Numbered from the stretch's first letter, positions 28,743 through 39,500 are shown. The stretch: 54,956 nucleotides of DNA from Pedosphaera sp. (GCA_031414955.1 JANOQV010000014.1:1-54956); one strand, 5' to 3'. Notes: a model not told the origin generated them from the letters alone. Numbers and translations are program-made.

Positions 28743-31700
28743 TCAGGGCACGAGTCGCGCGCGATAGCCCCGGCTGATGCTGGTCGGCGGCAGGCTGTTG
28801 GTGTCGGTGAAGCTTACCTCGCCGCTCAAGTTCGAGACGGTCAGCAGCGTCGTCCAGTTGGTGAGGTTGGGAGCCACCTCGATGGCGTAGCTGCGATTGG
28901 TGCTGCCACCCGCCAGCGTGGCCGAGAAGACGCCGTTGCTCAGTCGTGGCCGGAGAATTGAAAACGGCAGCGGCAACGAATCCCGCACCGTCAGCAGGGC
29001 CACGGCGCTGGTCACGGAGCCGAAGCTGTTGACCACGCGCACATCGTAGTTGCCCGCGTGAACCAGTTGCACGTTGGTCCGGGTGAAGTTTGCCCCGGAA
29101 GCGCCGCCGATGTTCACGCCATTGAACCGCCACTGGTAAACGAGCGCACTTTGACCTGACGCGGCCACGGTGAAGCTAGCGCTCGTTCCCACGTCGTTCG
29201 TCCGGCTTGCCGGCTGCGCGCTGATGAATGGCCCGCCCGGCAGCCCGAGACGAAACTGCACCGCACCGCCATTCGGCGTGGAGGTGTCGTAACCCGCCAC
29301 GACGATATAATAGGTCGTTCCGTAAATTGCCGGAAACGTGACGCTGCTCTGCAAGCCGGACGCGTCGTCGCTCACCGCCATCTGCACGAGGGAGGTGAAG
29401 TTGAGCGGCAGGCCCGGCCGGTTCGTATAGACCACCAAAATCGTGTCGAACGCGCTGCCCACCGTATCCATCGTCACCAGACCGCTGGCCGGCGCGGTCC
29501 ATTCCAGCCACATCGTCTTCACCGCGTGGGTGAAATAATGATTCGGCTCGTTCACCTCCAGCGTGGCCGCATTGTTGTTGCCGGTGAGGAAATTGGTGAA
29601 GCCGTTGAGAATGCCACGGCCGTTGAAACTGTCGGCCAGATTGGTGCTCGCCAGCACGACGGAGAAGTTAACCACCGCCGACGTCGAGACGAGTCCGAAG
29701 GGGTCGCGCGCCACGGCGTAAGTCTGATACGCGGCCAGCGGCGCGTTCGAGAGCGTGGCGAAATAAGGCGCGTTGGTCAGCGAGGCCAGCAACACGCCGC
29801 CCACATAAAGGTCCACCCGCGCCACGCCGCCGTTCGTGTCCGTGGCCGTGGCGGTGATGCCGATGTTCCCCGGCCCGGGCAGCGCCGCGCCATTGGTCGG
29901 GCTGGCGATGCTGACCAGCGGCGGGCCGTTGATGCTCAAGGCCACCGGGGCCGAGGTCGCGTTCCGACCCAGCGCGTCAGTGGCGACCGCGAAAAGCAGG
30001 TTGCTGCCCGTGGGCGGGTTCGTCCAAGTGAACTGATAGGGTGCCGCGAGCAAAGGACTGACGGCATTCGGGCCGAAATAGAACGTGACACTCACGCCCT
30101 GCCCGGGATTCGGATCGCTGGCTGTCGCCGCGAGAAGAAGATTGGTGGGCGTGAACGGCACGAATGTTCCGTTGGTCGGCGTGGTGATCACAACCACCGG
30201 CGGGAGATTATCGTTGTCCACGATGGTCACCGTCGCATTGCTCGGCGAACCGATCAGATACTCCGGCGCGGCGAGCAAGGTCAGCGTCACCAGTTCGTCC
30301 GCTTCAATTGTTGCCTCATCCACCGGCAGGATGGTGATCGTCGCCGCGTTCGTGCCCGCCGGGATCGTGACCTGACTGGAGATGGACTGATAATCCGTCC
30401 CGTTCAACGCCCCGCCGGCGACACTGAAGTTCACCGTGACCGGGAAATTATTGCTGCCGTTGCGCGTGACCGTGAACACGCCGGGATTCAAGCCTTGCTC
30501 GGCTGCACCCGGATCGGTGGCCGCAATCGTGACCGTCGGCGGCACGATGACCAGGAGAGTCGCATTGGAACTAAGCGCGCTACCGACGGCGTTGCTCACC
30601 AGCACGCTGTAGGTTCCGCTGCGGGCCGGCTGAACATTCGTGAAGACAAGATTGGTGCTGGTCGCGCCGGAAAGAGTCACCCCGTTGAAGAGCCATTGAT
30701 AATAAAGCGGCGCACTGCCGGTGACACCGACCTCGAACGAAACCGTCGCGCCGATGATGACGGTTCGATTGATCGGTTGCGCCACGATCTGCGGCGGCAC
30801 GCTGAGTTGCAGGGCTGCCGGCGCGCTGGTCGTGGAGCCGAAACTGTTGGTGATGACGACGAGATAAATGCCGAGGTCCGGGGCCTGCACGTTGGTCAGC
30901 ACGAGCGTCGGCTGCGTCGCACCCAGCACGGAACCGCCGTCCTTCCACCACTGGTAATTCAAGGGTCCCGTGCCGATCGCGCCCACGGTGAAGCTCGCCG
31001 TACCGCCCGCCGCGACGGTACGACCCAGCGGCTGATACACAATCTGCGGCCCGGCCTGAATCGTCAGCAACGCGTTGGTGGTGAGGGCCGCGCCGGCAGG
31101 ATTGACCGCGCGCACCGAGTAGAGGCCCGCATTCGTGGTCTGTGCGCTCACGATGGCATAAGCAGCGTTGGTCGCGCCGGCGAGGTCCACCCCGTTCCAG
31201 CGCCATTGATAAGTCAGCGGCGCGACCCCCGTGGCCAGGGCAGTCATGCTCACCGCCGTGCCCGGCAACACGGTGCGATTGGTCGGCTGCACCGTGAACA
31301 CCGGCGGAGCCAGCACCGCCGCGCCATTGCTCGCGCCCGGCGTGGGCAGGGCCGCCCGCCAATTCACCGGATCGTTGGCGTAATTCAGGGCGACGGCGCG
31401 CTGCAAGGAAACTCCCGACCCGTTCGTGTTCCCATCCGCCGCCGAGGGCCACGGCGCGGAGTCGCGATAATGAATTCGCTCCACGAGAATGTACGGCACG
31501 TCGCCCAGGTTCGGCGCATCGGGCCGGTTCAACCGAATCTCATCGTCGCCGTTGTTCAGCTTCCCGTTCCACGGCCCGACCAGCGGCACGGCCGGGCTGA
31601 GTCCGTAGCGCAAACGAAACGCCGCCAGGTCGGTGGCATTGGTCTGCGGGTCGAATCCCACCACGACAAGGAAGCCGCCCGCCGCAATCCAGGTGTTGGT

Positions 31701-34700
31701 CGCGAAATCAAAATCCACCGCGCTGCGCAGATGCCAGGTGTTCGTGAAGTGGTTCGGGTCGAACAACGCCACCGCGCTGGCGCTGGCGTTGTGCAATTCG
31801 ATGAACTCGTCGCGCGCATTGTCGTTCGTGCCCAACTCGGGCGGATGATAATGAATCTCGCTGATCACCACCGCTCCGACCTGGGGATACGCATTCGTGG
31901 CCCCGCTCCCGGTGCGGAACTGCTCGACACTGGCCGGACTGTCCACGCCCAGAGTGCGCGAACTCAGCGCCGGAAAATCAAACCCGATGCTGGTCTCGAA
32001 GCGTCCGAACGTGACCCCGTTGGCCTGCGCGCCGAAGTCCACCGACGCGCGGTAGCCGGTCAGATTGCCGTTGGTGTCCGTGACCGAGAGGAAGATTTCG
32101 TCCCCGTTCGCCGAACTGAGCGAGAAGCTGGGAAAGAGCAGCGTGGGATTGAACTGATTTTCGTACAAGACGGTGAAGCCGCCGGGCTGGAGGATGGTGT
32201 TATCCGCAATGCGGAACTTGCGCGGCTCGAGTTGGGAGTCGCTGAGATACCAGCCCCCGATGTCGATGGGCCGGGCGGTGGGATTAAACAGCTCGATGGC
32301 ATCCTCCAACGGCGGATCGGAGTGAGTGAGCGCCTCGTTCATGACCACGTCCTCGAAGGGCAGGAAATTTGCCTGGCCCGGCGTGGGCGTCCTCGGGAAG
32401 CGGACGCGGTTGGTGGCACCGTCCGGGAAACGGCCTTCCGAAACGCCGCTCTGTTGCAGGCCGAAAGTAACCGCGTCGATCTGGGTCAATCCATCGGTGG
32501 CGAAGAATCCCACCGCCTCGCCCGATCCAGCCAGGCGGAAGTTCACATGGTCCGCGCCCGCGCCCGGATTGTTGTCCGCGATGAACTGGACGAATCCGCG
32601 CCCGCCCAGACCAATGAACGAGAGGTTGGGGATTTTGTACTGCGTGCGGCTGATCAGATTGTCCGTGAGATAAAAGCCGCCTAACGCCACGGGCTGCGCG
32701 TTGGGATTGAAGAGCTCGAAGTAGTCATCGTCGCCGCTCTTCGCATCGGCCATCCACTCGTTGACCCGCACCGTCGCAGCGCTGGCCAGGGATGCGGCGA
32801 GGTTCAGACTTCCCTCCGTCGGCAGCGTCAGTCCCCACGCGCCCACTCCGTTCGGCACACGACCGATGGTGAAGTCCGCCGCCTGCAAACCAAACTGCAC
32901 CGAGTCGAAGAGCGCGCCGCCCCGCGACAGCTTGTCGAACAACAACACCTCGTCGCCACTGGCCTTGAAGCCAAAGCCGGTGTTGAGTCCTGGTCCCGCG
33001 TTGGTGCTGGCCGGTGTGCCGGAATCAAACTTCACCGTCAGGTAGCCGAGCGCCGGCACGGCCGCGCCCGCCGGGAAAACCCAGCGCCTCGGCACGGCCA
33101 CGTCATCGCTCAGACTCATGTCGCCCACGTCCACCGGGCTGGCGGTGGGATTGTAGATTTCAATCCAGTCCGTGATCAATCCGTCGGCATTCGTGTAACT
33201 CTGGTTGTTCGCCATCACCTCGTTCAAGGCGATGGCCGTGGCGATGAAGTTGGTCACGGACTTGACCGCGTAGAGCGACAGGCCGAACACATCGTCGCTG
33301 CTCCCGTTGTCGCTTTGATGCACCTCGACCGCGATCACATTGTCGCCTTCGACCAGCGCCGTGCTGGAGAGGGCGATGACTTCCGGCTGTCCTTCGCTGC
33401 CCTGGGTCTGCGCCTGGGAGGTAAAGAGGACCGGATTGGCGGTGACGCGCAGCCGTCCGGCCTCGACGCCGTTGAGGTAAATGACCGCGCCGTCATCGAG
33501 ATAATTGGTGGCGAAGAACTGCCAGCCGGAGCCATTGGTCCATTGGAAGTGCGTCCGGTAATAAACGGTGATCGGCCCGCCGTTCTGCGGCGATGGACTG
33601 AAGGTGTTGAAGGGAAACGGGTAAAGCCCTGGAGAAGTCTCAAAGCCAAAGAGGCCGCGCCCCGCCGGCCAGCCGGAGTCATCGAAGGCCGCCGGCAACC
33701 AGTCCGTCTCGAAATCAAACCCGGTGTCGTTGTAGCGCCAGATCTGGTTGGTCACGCCGAACAGCACGGCCAGGCTGTTGCTCACCGTGATGCTCACGCT
33801 GCTGAACGGATTCGGCGAACCGGGCGTGGGCAGCGAGAACATGGCCCGCGCGTCACCGCCGTTGGGGGAGCGACCTTCAGAGATGTCCGTCGCCTGCGGT
33901 CCATAAATGACACAATCGATCAGCACGCCCGCCGGGCTGAACAAGGCAATCGATCCCTGCACGGGCGACAGCTTGAAGGAAAGGTGATCGGCCCCCTGCC
34001 CTGCGTCCGCGTCGGCGATAAACGGAAGGTAAGCCCCGCCCGCGATGAAACTCAGCGCCGGCACCTGGTGCAGCAACGGCGCGCTGGCCGGCGCATCGCT
34101 GAAGAACGAACCACCGATGTTTACCGGCAGTGAATCCAGGTTGAGCACCTCCACAAAATCTTCGCCCACCGTGGCGTCGGCCAGCCACTCGTTGATCTTC
34201 AACCGGGAGAGATCACCGAGAGGATACGGCGTGTTGGCCGCCCCAAGCGTGGGATAAGACAGACCCCACGAACCACCGGTCAGCCGGCCCAAGGACAAAT
34301 CCTCAAGCTGCAAGCCGAACGAAATCGAGTCCAGCAATGCACCGCCACCCGCACTGGATTCGTAGAGGTAAATCGAGTCGCCGCGCTCGCTGAGGGCGAA
34401 ACCGAGATGGATGCCGCTGGTGACTTTCGATTCGTCGGCATAAACCAGCAGATACTGGCCCGGCCCCAGGGTCGTGTTGGTCGGGAAGGCGAACTTGTAG
34501 TGGTTGTTTGGGTCATCCGTAATCCCCTTCCCCGCGAGGTTCACCGCGTTGGTCCCGGGGTTGAACAGCTCAATCACATCCGGTGTTTCGCCCTCGTGCG
34601 GGAAGGCCAGCCGGTTTACCGCCAGCACCTCGTTGAGCAGCACGCGACCGGGCTTGTTCGTCACCACCCAGGTGCGCGATGACGAGGCCAGCGCCGTCGA

Positions 34701-37700
34701 ACCAAAAAACAAATCATCCTGATACAACCCCGAGTCGCGCCGGCCCGACACATCGACCCGGTGTGAACCAGTCCCGAGACCGGCGAGCGCAATGGGCGTG
34801 GCCAGCGGCGTCTCGGCGCTCCACGCGCCGCCGTCGAGCCGCCACTTGTAATGAGTGAAGCCTGAACCGTCCGTCCAGCCGGGCACGGCGCGATTCACGC
34901 CCACCACCAGCGTGGCGCCGTTCGTCGCGGTGGTGGCTTCCGGCTCGCCGGAAATCGAAGCGCCCGTCGGCACCACGCCGCCACGGTCACGTCCATTCGG
35001 CCCCGTGCCCACTGCCGGTGAACCGGCCCGCACCGCAAACCATTCGCGCAACACCTGCGCCTGTTGCCAGGTGGTGAAGTTCGTCGTCTCGGACCACTGC
35101 GGCACGCGCACAAAGAGCGGATCGTTGGTCGAGTTGCCCGAACCGGGACCGGCCCAGGTGAAAGGCATCAGGTTGTGGTTGAAGGTAATATTGCTCGCGA
35201 GCGCGGTTCCGTTCGTCACGTTGCGGGTCAATCGTTGGGCATCGTAAATCACGTTGCCCTCCGCGAACAGGCCGCTCGCCAGAGCGATGCCGTCGTCACC
35301 GAAGTTCAGCACCGCCGCCGTGGCCGCGTCGCCGAAGCCCGCGCCCGTCTGTCGCACCACCGTGTTGTTGAGGAAGGTGTAAAAGTTCCCCTGCTTGGCC
35401 GTGGCCGCCTGATCCACGTCGTAGAAAATGTTACCTAGGACCGTGATCTCGGAAGTCTGGCCGCTGTCGTTGCCACCACTCACGCCGCTGGCGGAATCGG
35501 GGGAGCCGTTGCGATGCACATGCAGGAAGATGTTGCCCTCGACCCAGGCGTCCGTGCCGTCGAGATCGAGGATGTCGTCGTCGCTGCCCGTGAAGACGTT
35601 CTCGATGAAGTGGACGATGGGACCAGGACGGTTGCCGCCGGTGAAATCAATCGTGTCGTTGTAGCCGTTGACCTTGCCGCAAAAGTTCCGCACGAAGACG
35701 CCGTGACCACCGGTGCGGATGCCACCCGTGCCGTGGATGGGTTCAATGCTCGCAGTGGTGGCGGGAAAGTGGCAGTGGCTCACGAGGAAGGATGCGCCGT
35801 CGAGATTGAGATAGCGGACGCCCGTCGCGCCGAAAGTCAGGTGGTCAAGATAGACCTCGCCACCCTGCACGTTGATGGCCGAGCTGCTGTTGAATTCGAG
35901 ATGTGCGTAGGCGAGGCGCGTCTCGGGAGAACCAGGCGTGCCGTTGACGATGAGACCGCCCCAGGTCGCACCGGAGCCGGGCACGCGCGTGAAACGTATC
36001 GGCGCAGTGGCCGTGCCTTCGGCCAGCAACCGCCCGCCATCGGCCACGTTGAGGGACGCGCCGGAGTTGAAGAAAACGCTCGCGCCCGACTGGATGGTCA
36101 GGGTCACGTCGGCATTGATGGTCAACGCGCCGGACACGGTGAACGGCCCGTTGGCCGCCGTCCAGGTCGCGTCGCTGCTGATCGCGCCGGAGACAGCCGT
36201 GCCCGCGACATTGCGCCAGATGTCGATATTGGCCGTCGCGATCTCGACACCGTTGCTGTTGAGCGCCTGCACCAGCACGCGGTTCACGCCGGGCTGCAAG
36301 GCCACGCTGGCATTTGTCCAGCGCGCCTCCCAGGCCGACCAGACGGAGGTGGATCCATTGACCAGCACGGTGCGCGTGTGGATGGCATCCGAGAAACCAA
36401 ACAACGTGGCCGTGGCCGAACTGCTCTGCGGATAGCCGCCCACCACGGGCAACGACGACTGAATGGAAATGGCGAGCGGGATCTGCGAGCGCACGTAGGC
36501 GTTGCGATTGGTGGCAGAGGTCTTCATCGCCGTGATGGTGGCCGCCGGCACCCACGAACCGAGCGCGTCATCCATGGTTCGCGACAGTTCGGCGTTCGAG
36601 AAAGTCGTATCGAGCAATCGATTCAAGGTCGCAAAGTAGGTGGGGACAAACTCCGGGTGCTTCAGGAAGCGGTTGATCGTGCTCAGGGCCGTGGCGCGAA
36701 AGAGATTGGTGCCGGTCGAAAAGTTAGGCCCGGAGCCTTGGCCGTAAATCGTGTCCCAGTCATGGACCAGCAATTTGAAACGCGGATCGATCCCGCCGCG
36801 GTACATCCCAAAATCATCGCCGAAGCCGGTGCCCAGACTCGTCTCGCCACTGATGGTCAGCGTGTAGAGGGCGAAGTAGAGCATCCATTGCTCCACGTTC
36901 ACCGCCTGCCGCACCGTCGGCACGTAATTCGCATCGCTCGTGTTGGGCGAGAGCGCGAAGGTGAGATTCATCAGGTCGGTCCAGTCATTCTCGGTCGAGT
37001 TGTTCTGCTTGGAATAACCCGCGCTGGTGTAAGAAGGAACGCTCGTGCCGAGATAACCGAGCGACGCCGAATGACTGCCAGTCGAGGCGCGGTAAATGTT
37101 GCCGCCGTTGTCCTGCGGGAAATGCGCGTCCACGAATTCGCCGCCCGGCACCTCGGTGGCGACGTAGGAGCCAAACTGCGGCGAGTTGGCCAGGGCGAGA
37201 TTGGCCCCATTGACCCGCACCTGCACGGCGCGAGCGGTCTCGGCGTCCATGCCGGATCTCGCCGCCAGGGCATAGCCCGCCAGTTGGGAGTGGGTGAACT
37301 GGGTGTTCAGGTTGATCTGCGACACGCCCTTCCACGGACGATCCGAGGAAATGTTCAGCCGGTAGTTCGGCGGATTCTGTCCGCGGCTGCCGGCGCCGCG
37401 AATGCGCAGGCCATTCAAGTGGCGCAACTCGGACGACGTGCCATCGATGCTGATGAATGTCGCGTTCATCTGCGCGTCGCTGTTGCGGTCTCCGCTGGTG
37501 TTGTTGAGGGTCGTCAGTTCCGCGCGCTCGGTTTCGTTCATGAGCACGCGATAGAACGGCTGCCCGCCGCCGTAACTGGAGTCGTCCACTTGCAGGAGCG
37601 CGTTGGCGGATTGCGAGAACACGCCGTCGATGCTGGCCGGGGCCGGCCAGGAGTTCGTGACGCCGGAGGCGGTTACGGCTTCGACATAGTATTCGAGCAC

Positions 37701-38552
37701 GGTCAGATTCGGACGGGCGGCGAGTACCGTGCCATAGACATCATCGCCCGCCCCGCCATCGCCGCTCAGGCCGTTGTCATTCATCACCTCGGCGGTGAAT
37801 GGATTGGACTGGGGGTTGGCATCCACACGGTAGAACAAGCGCACGGTCACGCCGGTGCCGGGCGGAACGACGACTCGGGCGGCGATGGTAATGACGTTCG
37901 TCGAGCGCGGGACGAGCGGGAGATGGGCGGTGTCGAGCACAAGGGCACGGGAATTGAAGCTCTGGACGGAATTGGCCGCACCAGGCGTGCCCCCATCGAC
38001 CGTGCTGGCCACCCAGTTCTGGCCCGAATCGCGCGGTAGATTCCGGTTCACCAACTCAACGGACTTTCCGGTGCCCGAGTGCGGCGTGAGCCAGTCCCAA
38101 CCGCGATGATTATTGTCCAGGGGCCCGCGAATACGCTGCCCCCAGTCGCCTTGGTCGGCATAGGTGATTTCATCAATCTTGCTGCCGAGAGGGTCTTCGA
38201 GCCGGATGGTTTCCCCGCCATTGGCCAGTGCGCCGAGCCAGCCGCCGATGATATAATCACCATCCACGCCAGGATGCGCCGGAATAAACGTCGCCAGATT
38301 CGCCGCCACAACCACGAAGCCGCCGGGGTGAATAATCTGCGACGGAAAGGCAAAGTTGACGCCCTTGGTGAATTTCCAACCCAGCAGATTCACCGTGTTC
38401 GTCCCGGCGTTGTAGAGTTCGACCCATTCCTCATTCGTGCCGTGCGACGCGGAGTCGTACATCAACTCGTTGATGATGATGGATTGCGCGCGGGCCGGCG
38501 CAGGCACCAGGCAGGCAAGAGCGATAAAGAAGCAAAACAGGGGTCGAATCAT
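28743..38552 (-). CDS. Giant secreted protein: 7 lamin-tail domains, CotH kinase, beta-helix, Ig, Calx-beta and Big domains
   Basis: 3269 aa with signal peptide; seven (I/L/V/M)(N/S)E...(D/E)x(I/V/F)E(L/I/V)xN...TPG-type units; CotH-like RIRGAGSRG...NYRL...DFGMY...HDWD; YQW..NG...G.Y.V Ig repeats; Calx-beta-like FTVTRNG...GTDY. Confidence 0.9.
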   Translation of the reverse strand: MIRPLFCFFIALACLVPAPARAQSIIINELMYDSASHGTNEEWVELYNAGTNTVNLLGWKFTKGVNFAFPSQIIHPGGFVVVAANLATFIPAHPGVDGDYIIGGWLGALANGGETIRLEDPLGSKIDEITYADQGDWGQRIRGPLDNNHRGWDWLTPHSGTGKSVELVNRNLPRDSGQNWVASTVDGGTPGAANSVQSFNSRALVLDTAHLPLVPRSTNVITIAARVVVPPGTGVTVRLFYRVDANPQSNPFTAEVMNDNGLSGDGGAGDDVYGTVLAARPNLTVLEYYVEAVTASGVTNSWPAPASIDGVFSQSANALLQVDDSSYGGGQPFYRVLMNETERAELTTLNNTSGDRNSDAQMNATFISIDGTSSELRHLNGLRIRGAGSRGQNPPNYRLNISSDRPWKGVSQINLNTQFTHSQLAGYALAARSGMDAETARAVQVRVNGANLALANSPQFGSYVATEVPGGEFVDAHFPQDNGGNIYRASTGSHSASLGYLGTSVPSYTSAGYSKQNNSTENDWTDLMNLTFALSPNTSDANYVPTVRQAVNVEQWMLYFALYTLTISGETSLGTGFGDDFGMYRGGIDPRFKLLVHDWDTIYGQGSGPNFSTGTNLFRATALSTINRFLKHPEFVPTYFATLNRLLDTTFSNAELSRTMDDALGSWVPAATITAMKTSATNRNAYVRSQIPLAISIQSSLPVVGGYPQSSSATATLFGFSDAIHTRTVLVNGSTSVWSAWEARWTNASVALQPGVNRVLVQALNSNGVEIATANIDIWRNVAGTAVSGAISSDATWTAANGPFTVSGALTINADVTLTIQSGASVFFNSGASLNVADGGRLLAEGTATAPIRFTRVPGSGATWGGLIVNGTPGSPETRLAYAHLEFNSSSAINVQGGEVYLDHLTFGATGVRYLNLDGASFLVSHCHFPATTASIEPIHGTGGIRTGGHGVFVRNFCGKVNGYNDTIDFTGGNRPGPIVHFIENVFTGSDDDILDLDGTDAWVEGNIFLHVHRNGSPDSASGVSGGNDSGQTSEITVLGNIFYDVDQAATAKQGNFYTFLNNTVVRQTGAGFGDAATAAVLNFGDDGIALASGLFAEGNVIYDAQRLTRNVTNGTALASNITFNHNLMPFTWAGPGSGNSTNDPLFVRVPQWSETTNFTTWQQAQVLREWFAVRAGSPAVGTGPNGRDRGGVVPTGASISGEPEATTATNGATLVVGVNRAVPGWTDGSGFTHYKWRLDGGAWSAETPLATPIALAGLGTGSHRVDVSGRRDSGLYQDDLFFGSTALASSSRTWVVTNKPGRVLLNEVLAVNRLAFPHEGETPDVIELFNPGTNAVNLAGKGITDDPNNHYKFAFPTNTTLGPGQYLLVYADESKVTSGIHLGFALSERGDSIYLYESSAGGGALLDSISFGLQLEDLSLGRLTGGSWGLSYPTLGAANTPYPLGDLSRLKINEWLADATVGEDFVEVLNLDSLPVNIGGSFFSDAPASAPLLHQVPALSFIAGGAYLPFIADADAGQGADHLSFKLSPVQGSIALFSPAGVLIDCVIYGPQATDISEGRSPNGGDARAMFSLPTPGSPNPFSSVSITVSNSLAVLFGVTNQIWRYNDTGFDFETDWLPAAFDDSGWPAGRGLFGFETSPGLYPFPFNTFSPSPQNGGPITVYYRTHFQWTNGSGWQFFATNYLDDGAVIYLNGVEAGRLRVTANPVLFTSQAQTQGSEGQPEVIALSSTALVEGDNVIAVEVHQSDNGSSDDVFGLSLYAVKSVTNFIATAIALNEVMANNQSYTNADGLITDWIEIYNPTASPVDVGDMSLSDDVAVPRRWVFPAGAAVPALGYLTVKFDSGTPASTNAGPGLNTGFGFKASGDEVLLFDKLSRGGALFDSVQFGLQAADFTIGRVPNGVGAWGLTLPTEGSLNLAASLASAATVRVNEWMADAKSGDDDYFELFNPNAQPVALGGFYLTDNLISRTQYKIPNLSFIGLGGRGFVQFIADNNPGAGADHVNFRLAGSGEAVGFFATDGLTQIDAVTFGLQQSGVSEGRFPDGATNRVRFPRTPTPGQANFLPFEDVVMNEALTHSDPPLEDAIELFNPTARPIDIGGWYLSDSQLEPRKFRIADNTILQPGGFTVLYENQFNPTLLFPSFSLSSANGDEIFLSVTDTNGNLTGYRASVDFGAQANGVTFGRFETSIGFDFPALSSRTLGVDSPASVEQFRTGSGATNAYPQVGAVVISEIHYHPPELGTNDNARDEFIELHNASASAVALFDPNHFTNTWHLRSAVDFDFATNTWIAAGGFLVVVGFDPQTNATDLAAFRLRYGLSPAVPLVGPWNGKLNNGDDEIRLNRPDAPNLGDVPYILVERIHYRDSAPWPSAADGNTNGSGVSLQRAVALNYANDPVNWRAALPTPGASNGAAVLAPPVFTVQPTNRTVLPGTAVSMTALATGVAPLTYQWRWNGVDLAGATNAAYAIVSAQTTNAGLYSVRAVNPAGAALTTNALLTIQAGPQIVYQPLGRTVAAGGTASFTVGAIGTGPLNYQWWKDGGSVLGATQPTLVLTNVQAPDLGIYLVVITNSFGSTTSAPAALQLSVPPQIVAQPINRTVIIGATVSFEVGVTGSAPLYYQWLFNGVTLSGATSTNLVFTNVQPARSGTYSVLVSNAVGSALSSNATLLVIVPPTVTIAATDPGAAEQGLNPGVFTVTRNGSNNFPVTVNFSVAGGALNGTDYQSISSQVTIPAGTNAATITILPVDEATIEADELVTLTLLAAPEYLIGSPSNATVTIVDNDNLPPVVVITTPTNGTFVPFTPTNLLLAATASDPNPGQGVSVTFYFGPNAVSPLLAAPYQFTWTNPPTGSNLLFAVATDALGRNATSAPVALSINGPPLVSIASPTNGAALPGPGNIGITATATDTNGGVARVDLYVGGVLLASLTNAPYFATLSNAPLAAYQTYAVARDPFGLVSTSAVVNFSVVLASTNLADSFNGRGILNGFTNFLTGNNNAATLEVNEPNHYFTHAVKTMWLEWTAPASGLVTMDTVGSAFDTILVVYTNRPGLPLNFTSLVQMAVSDDASGLQSSVTFPAIYGTTYYIVVAGYDTSTPNGGAVQFRLGLPGGPFISAQPASRTNDVGTSASFTVAASGQSALVYQWRFNGVNIGGASGANFTRTNVQLVHAGNYDVRVVNSFGSVTSAVALLTVRDSLPLPFSILRPRLSNGVFSATLAGGSTNRSYAIEVAPNLTNWTTLLTVSNLSGEVSFTDTNSLPPTSISRGYRARLVP

Positions 38553-38748
38553 AAGACTTCAGGACAACGCCGCACCTTGGGCACGGGGCGGGATCGATTC
38601 AAGAGTGTTGTTGTAAAAACAGGAGCGAAGTGCGCGAGTGCCCAGTCGCGGTTCCATGAAATGATGAGCATTTGAGTCGCGCCACTTGCCAGGCGAGATT
38701 ACGGACGAGGCACGCCCGGAGGAAGGGCCAGAGATGGAAGCTCCACTC

Positions 38749-38788
38749 AAAAGCAAACGGCGTGCGGGAGCATTCTCCCGCACGCCGT
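38749..38788 (-). terminator. Intrinsic terminator closing the REC-DUF4388 operon
   Basis: Perfect 14-bp stem acggcgtgcgggag / ctcccgcacgccgt with a 4-nt loop, then TTGCTTTT on the minus strand, 16 nt after the stop at 38805. Confidence 0.85.
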
Positions 38789-38804
38789 CTGGAGAAAAGC
38801 CGGG

Positions 38805-39203
38805 TTACCTGCCGAGCAACGAGGCGAACAATCCCTTGTGCTCGGTCTGTCGCTGCCGGGCCTTCATCTGGCCGAGCACAGACTGCCAGGTGATGTAAAG
38901 CTTGTGCCACTGATTCTCGATGCCGCGCAGCGCATTTTCGTTGCTGTCGCTCAGAAAGCGCATCGAGGGCACGCTGGTCATGAGACCATGCACATCCTCG
39001 CGCGTCACGGCCGAGCCTTCCACCGCGGCGAGGATCAATTCCAGTTCCTGGGTGATGACGGTTTTGACCTCCATGAACTGGTTCTCATCATCAAGGGTGA
39101 ACTTCTTGAACCGGGCCAGGCCGAGGTAGTGGTTAAACTGTCTCCAGCAGTCCAGGTAGTTCTCCATGCGGACGATCAGGTCTTGCATTCGATTGGCGCT
39201 CAT
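38805..39203 (-). CDS. Helical hypothetical protein with amphipathic C-terminal tail
   Basis: 132 aa, ends KGLFASLLGR; ATG lies 3 nt after the upstream stop. Confidence 0.8.
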   Translation of the reverse strand: MSANRMQDLIVRMENYLDCWRQFNHYLGLARFKKFTLDDENQFMEVKTVITQELELILAAVEGSAVTREDVHGLMTSVPSMRFLSDSNENALRGIENQWHKLYITWQSVLGQMKARQRQTEHKGLFASLLGR

Positions 39204-39206
39204 AAA

Positions 39207-39500
39207 TTATTTTTTGGGCAAAGTTTGGGGCAGTAGGAAGATCAAGGCTCCGCCTCGCAAGTTGCGGGCGGTCACACGCAGGCTCGGGTAATAGACGTTC
39301 AGCTCCTGGAGCGGCATCTGGGCGTGCTGGGCATTGCGGAAAAAGGCCAGCACGCGCTCGCCGATGTCGCGCATTTCGGTCACCGGGAACCATTGGGGCA
39401 GCGTGGAAGCGATGATGCGACCCTCACGGTCAAGGGAGAACGCGCCGGAAGGAATTTTGCCCAGTTTGCGCGGGGTGCGCCTTTTGAAGAGTGGTTTCAT
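39207..39500 (-). CDS. Small hypothetical protein, probable Roadblock/LC7-like fold
   Basis: 97 aa from an ATG overlapping the upstream TGA (ATGA); GAFSLDREGRIIASTL, a helix, then three short beta strands. Confidence 0.65.
   Translation of the reverse strand: MKPLFKRRTPRKLGKIPSGAFSLDREGRIIASTLPQWFPVTEMRDIGERVLAFFRNAQHAQMPLQELNVYYPSLRVTARNLRGGALIFLLPQTLPKK

Noticed and set aside
29526..38039. 1052-aa and 841-aa plus-strand ORFs
   Set aside because: Antisense shadows of the 3269-aa gene; Arg-rich and motif-free.
38640..38700. Sigma54 promoter for the giant gene
   Set aside because: TGGC and TGC elements are present but the GG-to-GC spacing is 12 nt, not 10.
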